DNA of 64,000 nucleotides from Desulfotomaculaceae bacterium (lineage in GTDB: Bacteria > Bacillota > Desulfotomaculia > Desulfotomaculales > Pelotomaculaceae). A program made the translations under genes and the position numbers. Positions 18,034-27,832 of this stretch are shown here, in pieces (the stretch's first letter is position 1; the number at the start of each line of letters is the position of its first letter). The stretch lies in assembly GCA_028696455.1 (NCBI GenBank), contig JAQVGZ010000005.1, positions 5,076 to 69,075 on the forward strand, given 5' to 3'. Below the pieces are notes generated by a model, which was not told the origin of the DNA, searched no databases, and saw only the letters and a program-made list of their open reading frames with translations.

Positions 18034-18331
18034 TGCACTTACACCTCAATTTAGATTATAACACTAATATATTATCACATAATTTGCATTTCTAAAGTTA
18101 TTTCTTTCTATTTCTCTTACTCAAGTCAGTTCATAGCTAGGCAAGTGGGGTTTTGCAATCAGCGTGAACAAGTAAAACAAGCCTAAAACTTTTCCAATAA
18201 GTCCTTTAGATAAAATTAAATGCAAAAATGAATACTAATTGCGCCCCAGGTAAAACATAAAAAAGACATTTATCGGAGCGCCTTTTTCATGCTCATGCTA
18301 TTGGCGCACTATAACAAGAAGGTGAAGAAAT

Positions 18332-20434
18332 ATGGCCAACCTGACCAGTTTTTTTAACCCCAAGTCAATAGCTATTATCGGCGCCTCCAAATCGCCAGAA
18401 AAAATTGGAAATGTTATAGTAAAAAATATTACCTCCAGCGGCTATACTGGCATGGTTTTTCCAATTAATCCTAGGGAAAAAGAGATCAATGGGCTGGTTT
18501 GCTACCCTTCAATAAACATGGCGCCTGCACCAGTAGAACTGGCAGTTATATCGGTGCCGTCTACCATGGTTCTAGAGGTTGTGAAGGCTTGTGGTAAGAG
18601 CGGTGTAAAAAACCTGGTTGTAATTACTGCCGGGTTCAAGGAGACTGGCAAAAAAGGTCTTGAGTTGGAAAAAACATTAGCAAGTATTTGCCACCAATAC
18701 AAAATGCAGATGTTGGGCCCTAACTGTGTAGGCTTTATAGATACTCATACCCCGATAAACGCCTCTTTCGCTGCTGGCTTTCCTATGAAGGGCGAAATTG
18801 CCTTTATATCTCAAAGCGGGGCCATGGTAATATCTATACTGGACTGGAGTACTTCGGTCGGCCTGGGCTTTAGCAAGTTTATCAGTCTCGGCAACAAAAC
18901 TAACCTGAACGAAGCCCACTTTATTGAACACGTTGCTGATGATCCCAATACTAAAGTGATTCTCTGCTACATCGAAGATGTAGAAAATGGTACTCTTTTT
19001 CTTGAGACAGCCCGGCGAGCCAGCCGAAAAAAACCGTTAATAATCCTCAAGTCCGGAATAAGTCAGGCTGGCGCCCGGGCAGCGTCTTCCCACACCGGGG
19101 CATTAGCCGGCAGTGACCTGGCCTACGAAGCCGCTTTCCTCCAAAGCGGGGTAATCAGAGTTAGAAGTATGTCGGAATTATTTGACCTGGCTATTGCTTT
19201 CGCAAACCAGCCAATACCCGGGGGGGAACGGGTCGCTATTATCACCAACTCCGGTGGTCCGGGCATCGTAGCTACCGATAACATAGAATTAAAAAACTTA
19301 AAGATGGCCCATTTTACCAAAGATACAATAAAAGAATTAGGTCAATTTCTCCCTGGTGAGTCAAATATCTATAACCCGGTGGATGTGCTGGGAGATGCCA
19401 AAGCAGACCGCTACCGCCTTGCCACCAATAAAGTCATGGACGACCAAGGCGTTGACAGCGCCGTTGTACTGCTCTGCGCAGGAGGGGTAACTGAGCCTGT
19501 GGAAACAGCCAGGGCAATGATAGAAATAAAAAAAAATCACCCGGAGAAACCACTGGTAGCTGCTTTTATGGGTGGTGAACTGGTGGCAGAAGGAGCAAAT
19601 ACCCTTGCTGCGGCGGGGATACCCTGCTATAATTTCCCGGAACCGGCAATCTCTTCGCTCAGCGGAATGGTAAGTTATGCCCGAAATATACACTTATTGG
19701 AAGACGAAACTGTATTGACCTATCAGGATATTGATGCGAAATCAGTTAGATCGATATTAAATCAGGTAAAAAGAGATAATCGCCTGGTACTACTGGGCAG
19801 CGAGGCAGCAAAGCTGATCAGCGCATACGGAATTCCGGCAACTACTACTATACTGACCACTCAACCGGAAGAGGCCGCAGATGTAGCTGAAAAGATGGGT
19901 TACCCGGTAGTGCTTAAGGTGGCATCGCCAAGAATAACGCATAAAACTGATGTAGGTGGAGTAAAGTTTGGGCTAGAATCATTTGAAGAAGTGCGCAAGG
20001 GTTTTATCGAGATTATGGAAAAAATTCAGATGTATATGCCCCGGGTAGCTGTTAACGGAGTCGAGGTTCAAAGAATGATGCCCAAGGGAACTGAATTGAT
20101 CATAGGCATGACGAGAGATATTCAATTTGGACCTTTAATAGCCTTTGGCCTGGGTGGTATATATGTAAATTTAATTAAGGATGTTTCATTTCGCCTTGCA
20201 CATCGCCTATCTATAAGGGAAATAAAAAAATTAATAGGTGAAACTAAAGCATATTCATTATTGCGCGGCTACCGGGGAGAACCGCCGGCAGATATAGGAG
20301 CAATAGTAGAGGTAATTGGCAGATTTGCAAAACTAGTTACTGATTTTCCTGAGATTACCGAGGTAGATATTAATCCATTATTTGCATATAGTAAGGGAGT
20401 CTCAGCAGTAGATGTCAAAATTACTATATCGTGA
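18332..20434 (+). CDS. acetyl-CoA synthetase (ADP-forming), fused alpha/beta (CoA-binding + ATP-grasp)
   Basis: An N-terminal CoA-binding region (SIAIIGASKSPEKIG), the ligase-CoA region (GPNCVGF, SQSGA, SSHTGALAG), and a C-terminal ATP-grasp (YPVVLKVASPRITHKTDVGGV). Confidence 0.85.
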   Translation: MANLTSFFNPKSIAIIGASKSPEKIGNVIVKNITSSGYTGMVFPINPREKEINGLVCYPSINMAPAPVELAVISVPSTMVLEVVKACGKSGVKNLVVITAGFKETGKKGLELEKTLASICHQYKMQMLGPNCVGFIDTHTPINASFAAGFPMKGEIAFISQSGAMVISILDWSTSVGLGFSKFISLGNKTNLNEAHFIEHVADDPNTKVILCYIEDVENGTLFLETARRASRKKPLIILKSGISQAGARAASSHTGALAGSDLAYEAAFLQSGVIRVRSMSELFDLAIAFANQPIPGGERVAIITNSGGPGIVATDNIELKNLKMAHFTKDTIKELGQFLPGESNIYNPVDVLGDAKADRYRLATNKVMDDQGVDSAVVLLCAGGVTEPVETARAMIEIKKNHPEKPLVAAFMGGELVAEGANTLAAAGIPCYNFPEPAISSLSGMVSYARNIHLLEDETVLTYQDIDAKSVRSILNQVKRDNRLVLLGSEAAKLISAYGIPATTTILTTQPEEAADVAEKMGYPVVLKVASPRITHKTDVGGVKFGLESFEEVRKGFIEIMEKIQMYMPRVAVNGVEVQRMMPKGTELIIGMTRDIQFGPLIAFGLGGIYVNLIKDVSFRLAHRLSIREIKKLIGETKAYSLLRGYRGEPPADIGAIVEVIGRFAKLVTDFPEITEVDINPLFAYSKGVSAVDVKITIS

Positions 20435-20444
20435 GGTGTTTTTA

Positions 20445-21497
20445 GTGAAAAGCCTTTATATCATGGGTACTTCAGGCAGCGGGAAAACCAGCGTGGCCGT
20501 TGGCCTCGCTTTGAAATTTCGCCAGGAAGGGTATCGGGTAGGCTATTTTAAACCTGTAGGAAGCAAGGCGGGCAGCACTGCACGAGGAGACGAAGACGCA
20601 GAATTAATGAAAGAACTGCTGCAAATGGAACATCCAATTGAAACGATAGTGCCATATTTAGCAGGCCCTTCCTATCTATCAGGTTATAAAAATTCCTGCG
20701 TATCGGTAAAAACTATCAAGCAGGCGTATGAAACAGTAGCAGACGGTACAGATCTGGTAATAATCGGTGGCGCCAGTTTTCCACACATCATGGGTTGCCT
20801 GGGGCTTGATGCGGCTAGCCTGGCTATAGAGTTGCATGCCATTCCTTTATTTACTATCAAAATTGAAAGCGATTACAGTCTCGATATGGCGATTTTTTTC
20901 AACAGCTATCTCGAAAGCAAAGGTATCTCAGTATTGGGCAACATTTTCCATAACGTACCTCATTCCTTAATTGCGAAAACCGAGGGTATTTACCAGCCAA
21001 TCCTGGAAGAACGAGGTTATCATATTCTTGGTATTATTCCCAAACACCCCATAATAACTTCACCAACAGTTAAAGAATATGCTGAGGCACTAGGAGGTGA
21101 AATCCTGGCCGGAAAAGAAAACCTGGATCGTGTAGTAGAAGACGTAGTAATTGGTGCTATGACTATCGAAAGCGCTCTAGGTTACCTGCGACGCACTGCA
21201 AACAAAGCCGTCATCACTGGTGGAGACCGTCCTGAAATAGCGCTCTCTGCATTAGAAACCAGCACTTCGGCTATCATTCTCACCGGAGGCTTGTACCCTA
21301 ACGTAAAATTAATTGCCCGTGCTGAAGAAAAGGGTACACCAATAATACTGGTATACCAGGACACCTATACAACTATTGAAAAGATGTCAGAAGTGACCAG
21401 GCGAATTAGGGCTAACGATCAACAAGCCATACAAATAGCGTTAAATAATATAGAAGCGCATTGCAACTGGAGGGTCATCTTAGAATCTTTACAATAA
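20445..21497 (+). CDS. Pta N-terminal-domain-only protein (BioD-like P-loop + DRTGG domain)
   Basis: GTSGSGKTS P-loop and GYFKPVG, with a DRTGG-like ITGGDRPEI. I see no PTA_PTB catalytic region. GTG 20445 follows GAGGTG. Confidence 0.65.
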   Translation: MKSLYIMGTSGSGKTSVAVGLALKFRQEGYRVGYFKPVGSKAGSTARGDEDAELMKELLQMEHPIETIVPYLAGPSYLSGYKNSCVSVKTIKQAYETVADGTDLVIIGGASFPHIMGCLGLDAASLAIELHAIPLFTIKIESDYSLDMAIFFNSYLESKGISVLGNIFHNVPHSLIAKTEGIYQPILEERGYHILGIIPKHPIITSPTVKEYAEALGGEILAGKENLDRVVEDVVIGAMTIESALGYLRRTANKAVITGGDRPEIALSALETSTSAIILTGGLYPNVKLIARAEEKGTPIILVYQDTYTTIEKMSEVTRRIRANDQQAIQIALNNIEAHCNWRVILESLQ

Positions 21498-21569
21498 AGT
21501 TTCTTATGAAATTTTATGAGTACAAACCCGTATAACCCTTATGTTGCCCGACGGACACCCAGTATCAAT

Positions 21570-22016
21570 CTACTTAATATTTCTTAACTCTATGCGACCC
21601 TGTTCAATCTGGCTTAGCAACTTACCTATATGCTCCTCCATGTTTGCTAAGATGTCGTCCGCGTAACTCCTCGCACCTTCCCTTATCTCCCTGGCTACCG
21701 ATTCAGCTTTATCTACAATTTCCTCAGCCATTATTTTAGCCTGGCGGGTTATTTCGCTATCGTCCGCCTGTTTTTCCAATTGTTTTTTGGCATCCTCCAT
21801 AATACGTATAGCCTCTTTTTGGGAGTCGCTGAGTACCTTTTCCCTTTCTTGAATAACCCATTTTGCCTGGCGAATTTCTTCAGGTATAGTTGTCCGGACC
21901 CGGTCTATAAGATCAAATATCCTCTCCTCATCCACCAGCACTTTTCTGGTTAAAGGAATCTTGCCGCTCGATTCAATAAGGTCTTCCAATTCATTAAGTG
22001 CGTTTAGTAAATCCAT
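21570..22016 (-). CDS. hypothetical coiled-coil protein
   Basis: 148 aa, highly charged and helical. It sits immediately downstream of coaD on the same strand. I recognise no family with confidence. Confidence 0.5.
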   Translation of the reverse strand: MDLLNALNELEDLIESSGKIPLTRKVLVDEERIFDLIDRVRTTIPEEIRQAKWVIQEREKVLSDSQKEAIRIMEDAKKQLEKQADDSEITRQAKIMAEEIVDKAESVAREIREGARSYADDILANMEEHIGKLLSQIEQGRIELRNIK

Positions 22017-22021
22017 TGTTG

Positions 22022-22537
22022 TTACACCTCCCTACCATCACAACATCCAGTGAACTGGTTAACATTTAATTTTTCTTTTAGTTTTTTCACTACCAGGGGT
22101 GGCACAAGCCTATCTAACGGTCCGCCAAAAAGTGCTACATCCTTTACAGCGCTAGAACTAATATAGGAATATTCGGCTCTCGTCATTAAAAATAATGTTT
22201 CGACATTACAGGCTAGATTTTTATTAATCAATGCCATCCTGAACTCATTTTCAAAGTCTGAGATTACCCGTAAACCGCGCACAATAGCCACTGCACTTTG
22301 CTCTGCAGCGTAATAAACCGTAAGGCCGTCAAAAGAGTCAATGGCTACATTACGATAAGGCTTTAGTACTTCCTTTAACATTTCAACTCTTTCCGGTATA
22401 GTGAACATTGGGTTTTTTATCGGATTCCTGGAGACAGCCACGATAACCCGATCAAAAATAACAGAAGCCCTAACGATGATATCCAAATGCCCTAAAGTTA
22501 CAGGATCAAAACTACCCGGACAAATTGCAGTCCGCAA
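22022..22537 (-). CDS. coaD: phosphopantetheine adenylyltransferase
   Basis: ICPGSFDPVTLGHLDII and ISSSAVK motifs. The start is TTG, 8 nt after GAGGGGG. Confidence 0.9.
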   Translation of the reverse strand: MRTAICPGSFDPVTLGHLDIIVRASVIFDRVIVAVSRNPIKNPMFTIPERVEMLKEVLKPYRNVAIDSFDGLTVYYAAEQSAVAIVRGLRVISDFENEFRMALINKNLACNVETLFLMTRAEYSYISSSAVKDVALFGGPLDRLVPPLVVKKLKEKLNVNQFTGCCDGREV

Positions 22538-22561
22538 ACCATATTCCCCCTCAAGTAAAAA

Positions 22562-23077
22562 TTAATTCATGGTGTAAAAAGAAAGCAGATTATCCCCATA
22601 TTTTTCCTGCCGCAACAACTTTATAGAAACAACCTCCGGGGGGAGTATATCTTTCTTACTACTTTCAATAACAACGGTTCCCTTTCGGACTAACAAATTA
22701 TTTATTAATATACCTCTCAATGTACCCAGTATTAGATTATCATAATAAGGTGGATCCATAAATATTATATCAAACTTTTGTCCCTCTCTACCTAATAGCT
22801 GCAGAGCCTGGTCAACACTTGCACATCTTATATCTGCCTTCGTTATTAATCCCGTAATGCTCAAATTTTGTCTTATTATATTGATATTTTCAATCTTTTT
22901 CTCCACAAATACTGTTCTTAATGCCCCCCTGCTTAGTGCTTCAATGCCAATATTGCCGGAACCCGCAAACAAATCCAAAAAGTAACTTCCCTCTATTAAA
23001 GGTCTCAGAATATTAAAAAGCGCTTCTTTCACCCGGGCTGTCGTTGGCCTGACTGAAAGTCCACGGGGAGATTTCAA
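22562..23077 (-). CDS. rsmD: 16S rRNA (guanine966-N2)-methyltransferase RsmD
   Basis: RPTTARVKEALFNIL, LDLFAGSG and DPPY motifs. The conserved N-terminus appears to extend upstream of the TTG track start (see finding). Confidence 0.85.
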   Translation of the reverse strand: MKSPRGLSVRPTTARVKEALFNILRPLIEGSYFLDLFAGSGNIGIEALSRGALRTVFVEKKIENINIIRQNLSITGLITKADIRCASVDQALQLLGREGQKFDIIFMDPPYYDNLILGTLRGILINNLLVRKGTVVIESSKKDILPPEVVSIKLLRQEKYGDNLLSFYTMN

Positions 23078-23271
23078 CTGCCGTTTCTTAGCTGAACCTG
23101 CTATTACCCGTAAGATATCGATCCCTTCCTTTGATAAAAAATATTATAGCACAATAAGTAAAGAAAATCGAATTCTTTACTTATTTGAAATTCAAACCTG
23201 TTAAATACGTCTTTTATGGTATATTATAGCTTAAACAGGACAACCTATCGATATAGTAGGGGGATAAAAAA

Positions 23272-24255
23272 ATGCAACTAGATTTTTATCGAGCCTTTTC
23301 AATAAATGTCGATTTAGCAGTAGAAGCTCATGATTTGGTGCGGGGGCAAACAGGTAGGGAAATACCAGGCGTTATCGTTGACCGGGAAAAGTATGATAAT
23401 TCTACAGTCACTATTGTAAAAGTTGTCGAAGAGCAGGCTGAGCAATTAATTGGAAAACCCCGGGGGAATTATATCACTATTGATGCACCAATCCTTCGTG
23501 AAAATAATCGCTCAGCACAACAGGAAGTAGCGGAAATACTAGCAAAAAAACTATCTTCCCTCTTTAACCTGCCGGAAAATGCTAACATTCTCCTGGTTGG
23601 TCTGGGAAACTGGAATGCTACGCCTGATTCCCTGGGACCAAAGGTGGTTGACCATAGTATGGTCACCCGTCATCTATTTAAATATGCGCCCGAAGAACTT
23701 GCTGAGGGAATGCGTTCAGTTAGCGCCATTGCCCCCGGGGTACTGGGGATCACAGGTATTGAAACCGCTGAGATTATTAAGGGTATTGTAGAAAAAATTC
23801 AACCTGAATTAATAATCGTGATTGACTCATTGGCCGCAGGTAGTGTCGAGCGCATTGCCACAACCATCCAAATTGCTGATACAGGGATTAACCCTGGTTC
23901 TGGAATCGGTAACAAACGGGCATCCATCAATCAGGAGAGCATGGGCGTACCGGTGATCGCAATCGGTATTCCCACAGTTGTCCACGCAGCCGTGATCGCT
24001 CAGGTAACTGTAGAACAGTTTATAGAACAGCTTAAAGTGAACCCGGTACTTGACCAAATATATAAAAATTTACGTCCGGATTTCACTCAACAGGTTATTA
24101 ACCAGGTCCTGCAACCTTTTGCCGGCAATCTAATGGTAACACCAAAAGAAATTGACACACTAATTTTAAATACATCAAAAATAATAGCGGGAGGAATTTC
24201 TATGGCCCTGCATCCCTCTATCGACTTTGAAGATTTTAATATGTATTTAAATTAA
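23272..24255 (+). CDS. gpr: germination protease (GPR endopeptidase)
   Basis: The N-terminal DLAVEAHD pattern and the GLGNWNATPDSLGP and IDSLAA regions are typical of GPR. Confidence 0.85.
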   Translation: MQLDFYRAFSINVDLAVEAHDLVRGQTGREIPGVIVDREKYDNSTVTIVKVVEEQAEQLIGKPRGNYITIDAPILRENNRSAQQEVAEILAKKLSSLFNLPENANILLVGLGNWNATPDSLGPKVVDHSMVTRHLFKYAPEELAEGMRSVSAIAPGVLGITGIETAEIIKGIVEKIQPELIIVIDSLAAGSVERIATTIQIADTGINPGSGIGNKRASINQESMGVPVIAIGIPTVVHAAVIAQVTVEQFIEQLKVNPVLDQIYKNLRPDFTQQVINQVLQPFAGNLMVTPKEIDTLILNTSKIIAGGISMALHPSIDFEDFNMYLN

Positions 24256-24269
24256 TAAAAAAAAATATA

Positions 24270-24293
24270 ACAAGCGGAGTATTATCCGCTTGT
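24270..24293. terminator. 9-bp hairpin shared by convergent gpr and SASP genes
   Basis: acaagcgga-gtatta-tccgcttgt. The T-run is on the minus-strand side (TATATTTTTTTT). Confidence 0.55.
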
Positions 24294-24410
24294 AAAACTA
24301 AAAATTGAAAGTGGGTTGACAAGTTTTTTAATACCCAGGTGACGCATTACCAGCATCACCCGGGATTTAACGAAACCAACCAGCTAATTCCATCCTACTT
24401 CCCCGTTCAC

Positions 24411-24668
24411 CTAAGGTGTCAAAGTTGCGTTTGTCACCTGCGGAGTGGGAGGAACAGTACCTGATGCCAGGCTGTTTTCATAAGCAGCAATCATCTTCTT
24501 GACCATGTTACCACCGATAGCACCGTTCATCCGAGAAGGCAGGTCACCCATGTAACCTCCGTCAGGGATCTGGATACCGAGTTCACGGGCGGTCTCCCAT
24601 TTAAAATCCTCCATCGCCCGGCTGGCTCCACGAATCAGGATTTGGTTCCTTTTTTGACCTTGTGCCAT
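24411..24668 (-). CDS. alpha/beta-type small acid-soluble spore protein
   Basis: SASP alpha/beta signatures: KWETARELGI and GGNMVKKMI. GGGAGGTG serves as the RBS. Confidence 0.9.
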   Translation of the reverse strand: MAQGQKRNQILIRGASRAMEDFKWETARELGIQIPDGGYMGDLPSRMNGAIGGNMVKKMIAAYENSLASGTVPPTPQVTNATLTP

Positions 24669-24696
24669 GTTTTCACCTCCCTGTGTTTTATGAAAC

Positions 24697-24726
24697 TAGT
24701 ATGGACGCAGCCAGATGTCTTTATGC
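24697..24726 (-). promoter_or_regulatory. sigma-G-type forespore promoter for the SASP gene
   Basis: Minus strand GCATA-18 nt-CATACTA matches the Bacillus sigma-G consensus GHATR-N17/18-CATXHTA. It lies 28 nt upstream of the ATG. Confidence 0.6.
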
Positions 24727-24868
24727 TAGAACATCTTCCCTCAGTAGCTATCAAAAATTAAACTATCATAAATTTTGAAAAGTATGAAAATTATCTTTTA
24801 CCAGTAGTAATTTCGGATCTGGGGTTTTAAAGTAATTCTTAAAAACAATGTTTTATAATTACCTGGTG

Positions 24869-26941
24869 TTATCCCACGTCTATATAATTTACTGCACTGT
24901 CAAACCGGGCTTTTACCTCAGCCAGCAAAACCCGGCTTTCGGGTTTTAGAAGTTGGGGATCTTCCCTTACCCAGGCTAATGCTTCCTCCCGTGCTAACTG
25001 TAGCGCCTTCCAGTCCCGAAAGAGATCAGCTATTCTAAATTCAGGAAGACCTGACTGTCGGATACCATAAAATTCACCGGGACCACGCAGGCGCAGATCT
25101 TCTTCAGCCAGAGCAAAGCCATCCGTAGTAAGGGTCATTGCCTTTAGCCTCGCACGTCCTTCTTTTGTCTTTGGGCTGGCAACCAGAATACAGTGCGACT
25201 GGTAAAAGCCTCGCCCCACCCTGCCCCGGAGCTGGTGGAGCTGGGCCAGGCCATAGCGATCAGCATCTAATATAGCTATTATCGTGGCATTTGGTACATC
25301 CACTCCTACTTCAATGACAGTGGTACAAACCAGAATCTCGATTTCACCTCTCCGGAAACAGTCCATCACGCTTTCTTTAGCATCAGAACGCATTCGTCCG
25401 TGCAGTAATCCAACCCGAAAGTCCTTGAATTCTGCAGCAGCCAGGTTTTCCGCCAGTGCGGCAGCCGCCTGCAGGTCTATTTTTTCTGACTCCTCGACCA
25501 GAGGACATACGATAAAGGCTTGCCTGCCCTGCCGCACCTGTTCTTTGATCATGCTATATACCCTGGTCAGAGCGCCGGAAGGAACATGGTAAGTCTTTAC
25601 CGGAAGCCTGCCGGGGGGCAGCTGAGCGATCACCGATATGTCCAGTTCACCATACAAGGTCAGGGCTAACGTGCGGGGAATCGGGGTAGCTGTCATCACC
25701 AGGGTATCCGGACAACTTCCCCTATGTTGCAGATTTGCCCGCTGCCGCACGCCAAAACGATGCTGCTCGTCCACAACTACCAACCCCAGCCTATAAAAGT
25801 GGACTCCTTCCTGGATCAAGGCCTGTGTACCCACCAATATATTAACCTCTCCGCTGGTAACTGTCTCGAGCAAACTATCTTTCTCCTTTTTCCGGATACC
25901 ACCGGTTAAGAGACCAACCTTAACACCATAGCGTCCGAGGGCTTCCCTCATTCCCAAGTAATGCTGCTCAGCCAAAATTTCCGTGGGTGCCATCAGTGCC
26001 CCCTGCAGGCCGTTTTCTACCGCTTTAAGCAAAGCAATTATCGATACCACCGTTTTCCCAGCCCCCACATCACCCTGAAGCAGCCGGTGCATAGGTACTG
26101 ATGATTCCATGTCACGAGAAATCTCTTTACACACTTTTATCTGCTCGGCAGTCAATTTATAAGGTAAATTTTCTATAAAGCTGGTTGTTAATTTACCCCC
26201 CGGTAGACACCTGTACAGCTTTTCCCGGTTGCGTAGTTCTTTCCAGCGGACTGACAGCGCCAGTTGAAAGAGAAACAGCTCTTCAAAAATAAAACGCTTC
26301 CTGGCCCGTTCAGCATTCTCATAGTTATCAGGAAAATGGATAGAATGCAACGCCGATTCAAAATGGGGCAAGTGTAATTTTTCCAGCAATCTTTCAGGTA
26401 AAAATTCTTTTGTTTGACCCTTTAATTCCTCCAGGGCAGCTTTTACTATTGACCTTAAAAAACGCTGTTTTAACTGCCAGGTTAGAGGGTAAACAGGCGC
26501 CAGGCGGCCTGCACTTAAAATATCTCCGCCTTCATCGCGCTCATATTCTTCCACCATTACCTGAACAGCTCCATATCCCTTTTTTACCTTGCCGGTTATT
26601 ATTATTCTCATACCACGTAAAAGGTTTTTCTTTATAAACGGTTGGTTGAACCAGATAGCATAAAATATACCCAGTCCGTCATTTATCGCCACTTTAGTTA
26701 TAATCAGGCCACGCCTCGACCTGTTCTCCTGTACGGCCATAACCGTTCCCCGCAACACAGCCATTTCCCCTTGAGCACAGGCCCCTGCCGGCTTAATCCG
26801 GGTGCGGTCTTCATAACGGCTGGGGAAATAGTACAAAAGATCTTTGACGGTAAAGATTCCTGCTCTTTGCAAAACTGCAGCTCGCCGTGGTCCAACTGTT
26901 CTAATATACTGAACTAGTTTTTTCAAGAAATCCTTATCCAT
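24869..26941 (-). CDS. recG: ATP-dependent DNA helicase RecG
   Basis: The wedge-domain N-terminus (GPRRAAVLQRAGIFTVKDLLYYFP), helicase motifs GDVGAGKT and VVDEQHRFG, and TATPIPRT. ATG 26941 is preferred over the longer track ORF. Confidence 0.9.
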   Translation of the reverse strand: MDKDFLKKLVQYIRTVGPRRAAVLQRAGIFTVKDLLYYFPSRYEDRTRIKPAGACAQGEMAVLRGTVMAVQENRSRRGLIITKVAINDGLGIFYAIWFNQPFIKKNLLRGMRIIITGKVKKGYGAVQVMVEEYERDEGGDILSAGRLAPVYPLTWQLKQRFLRSIVKAALEELKGQTKEFLPERLLEKLHLPHFESALHSIHFPDNYENAERARKRFIFEELFLFQLALSVRWKELRNREKLYRCLPGGKLTTSFIENLPYKLTAEQIKVCKEISRDMESSVPMHRLLQGDVGAGKTVVSIIALLKAVENGLQGALMAPTEILAEQHYLGMREALGRYGVKVGLLTGGIRKKEKDSLLETVTSGEVNILVGTQALIQEGVHFYRLGLVVVDEQHRFGVRQRANLQHRGSCPDTLVMTATPIPRTLALTLYGELDISVIAQLPPGRLPVKTYHVPSGALTRVYSMIKEQVRQGRQAFIVCPLVEESEKIDLQAAAALAENLAAAEFKDFRVGLLHGRMRSDAKESVMDCFRRGEIEILVCTTVIEVGVDVPNATIIAILDADRYGLAQLHQLRGRVGRGFYQSHCILVASPKTKEGRARLKAMTLTTDGFALAEEDLRLRGPGEFYGIRQSGLPEFRIADLFRDWKALQLAREEALAWVREDPQLLKPESRVLLAEVKARFDSAVNYIDVG

Positions 26942-26984
26942 GTAAAATCCTTCTAAAAGAAAAAATAATCCCGCAAGACCTGCC

Positions 26985-27013
26985 TTGCAGTAGAAAAAAT
27001 TTTTTGGTAGAAT
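26985..27013 (+). promoter_or_regulatory. extended -10 sigma-A promoter for rpmB
   Basis: TTGCAG-17 nt-TAGAAT, with TG at the extended -10 position (TGgTAGAAT). Confidence 0.45.
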
Positions 27014-27044
27014 GTATAAGTGGTCAAAGGAGGTGTGTAAAATT

Positions 27045-27236
27045 ATGGCTAGAAAATGCTCGGTTTGCGGCAAAGGTATCACAGTTGGAATGAAAATGAG
27101 TCACTCACATATACGCACTAAAAGGACTTGGGTTCCCAACTTGCAACGTGTCAAGGCGATTATAAACGGTTCACCAAGAAAAGTGCTGGTATGTACCCGG
27201 TGTCTTAGGAGTGGTAAGGTCCAGCGTGCGATATAA
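27045..27236 (+). CDS. rpmB: 50S ribosomal protein L28
   Basis: MARKCSVCGKG...SHSHIRTKRTWVPNLQ. An AAAGGAGGTG RBS lies upstream. Confidence 0.9.
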   Translation: MARKCSVCGKGITVGMKMSHSHIRTKRTWVPNLQRVKAIINGSPRKVLVCTRCLRSGKVQRAI

Positions 27237-27265
27237 CTAAGAATAAAGCGGTTCGTTAACTTTGT

Positions 27266-27293
27266 CTGGACCCGGCCGACAGGCCGGGTCCAG
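27266..27293. terminator. 12-bp GC-rich hairpin between convergent rpmB and ribH
   Basis: ctggacccggcc-gaca-ggccgggtccag. There is no clear U-run on either side. Confidence 0.5.
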
Positions 27294-27311
27294 AGTGCAT
27301 ACTCATCTTCT

Positions 27312-27782
27312 TCAACCAGCCATATTCTTTAAAAGATTGGCCATCTCTATAGCAGTTACTGCCGCGTCCCAGCCTTTATTACCGGCTTTGGTGCCTGCTC
27401 GCTCAATGGCCTGCTCGATAGTTTCAGCGGTAATGATTCCAAAAATAGTAGGCACACCGCTATCCAGCCCCACCTTGGCCACACCCTTGGCCACCTCAGC
27501 AGCAATATAATCAAAATGAGGAGTAGCTCCCCGGATTACTGCCCCCAAACAAATAACTGCATCATATTTTTTTATGGAAACCATCTTGCTGGCTACCAAT
27601 GGTACTTCAAATGCCCCAGGCACCCAAGCCACCTCGATGTCCTGCTCTGCTACCCCGTGCCGGTTGAGGGCATCTAGGGCGCCACCCAGCAGCCGATTGG
27701 TGATAAATTCGTTAAAGCGGCCTAACACCAGCCCAAATTTGAGGCCATGGCCTAACAAATGTCCCTCATAGAATTTCGGCAT
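27312..27782 (-). CDS. ribH: 6,7-dimethyl-8-ribityllumazine synthase
   Basis: The lumazine synthase pattern VPGAFEVP and [14 protein letters not shown]. Confidence 0.95.
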   Translation of the reverse strand: MPKFYEGHLLGHGLKFGLVLGRFNEFITNRLLGGALDALNRHGVAEQDIEVAWVPGAFEVPLVASKMVSIKKYDAVICLGAVIRGATPHFDYIAAEVAKGVAKVGLDSGVPTIFGIITAETIEQAIERAGTKAGNKGWDAAVTAIEMANLLKNMAG

Positions 27783-27832
27783 ACAATAAACTCCTTTACA
27801 ATAAACTTCTCTAAATATACCTCAAATAATAC

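Noticed and set aside
23160-23271. A sigma-F or sigma-G promoter upstream of gpr
   Set aside because: I looked for GHATR-N17/18-CATXHTA and sigma-F-like GYATA...GGnnAnAHTR patterns. I found no acceptable match by eye, so none is reported.
24334-24364. An imperfect hairpin, cccaggtga...tcacccggg, as the SASP terminator
   Set aside because: It has one mismatch and no U-run on either strand. The 9-bp hairpin with a T-run at 24270-24293 is the better terminator.
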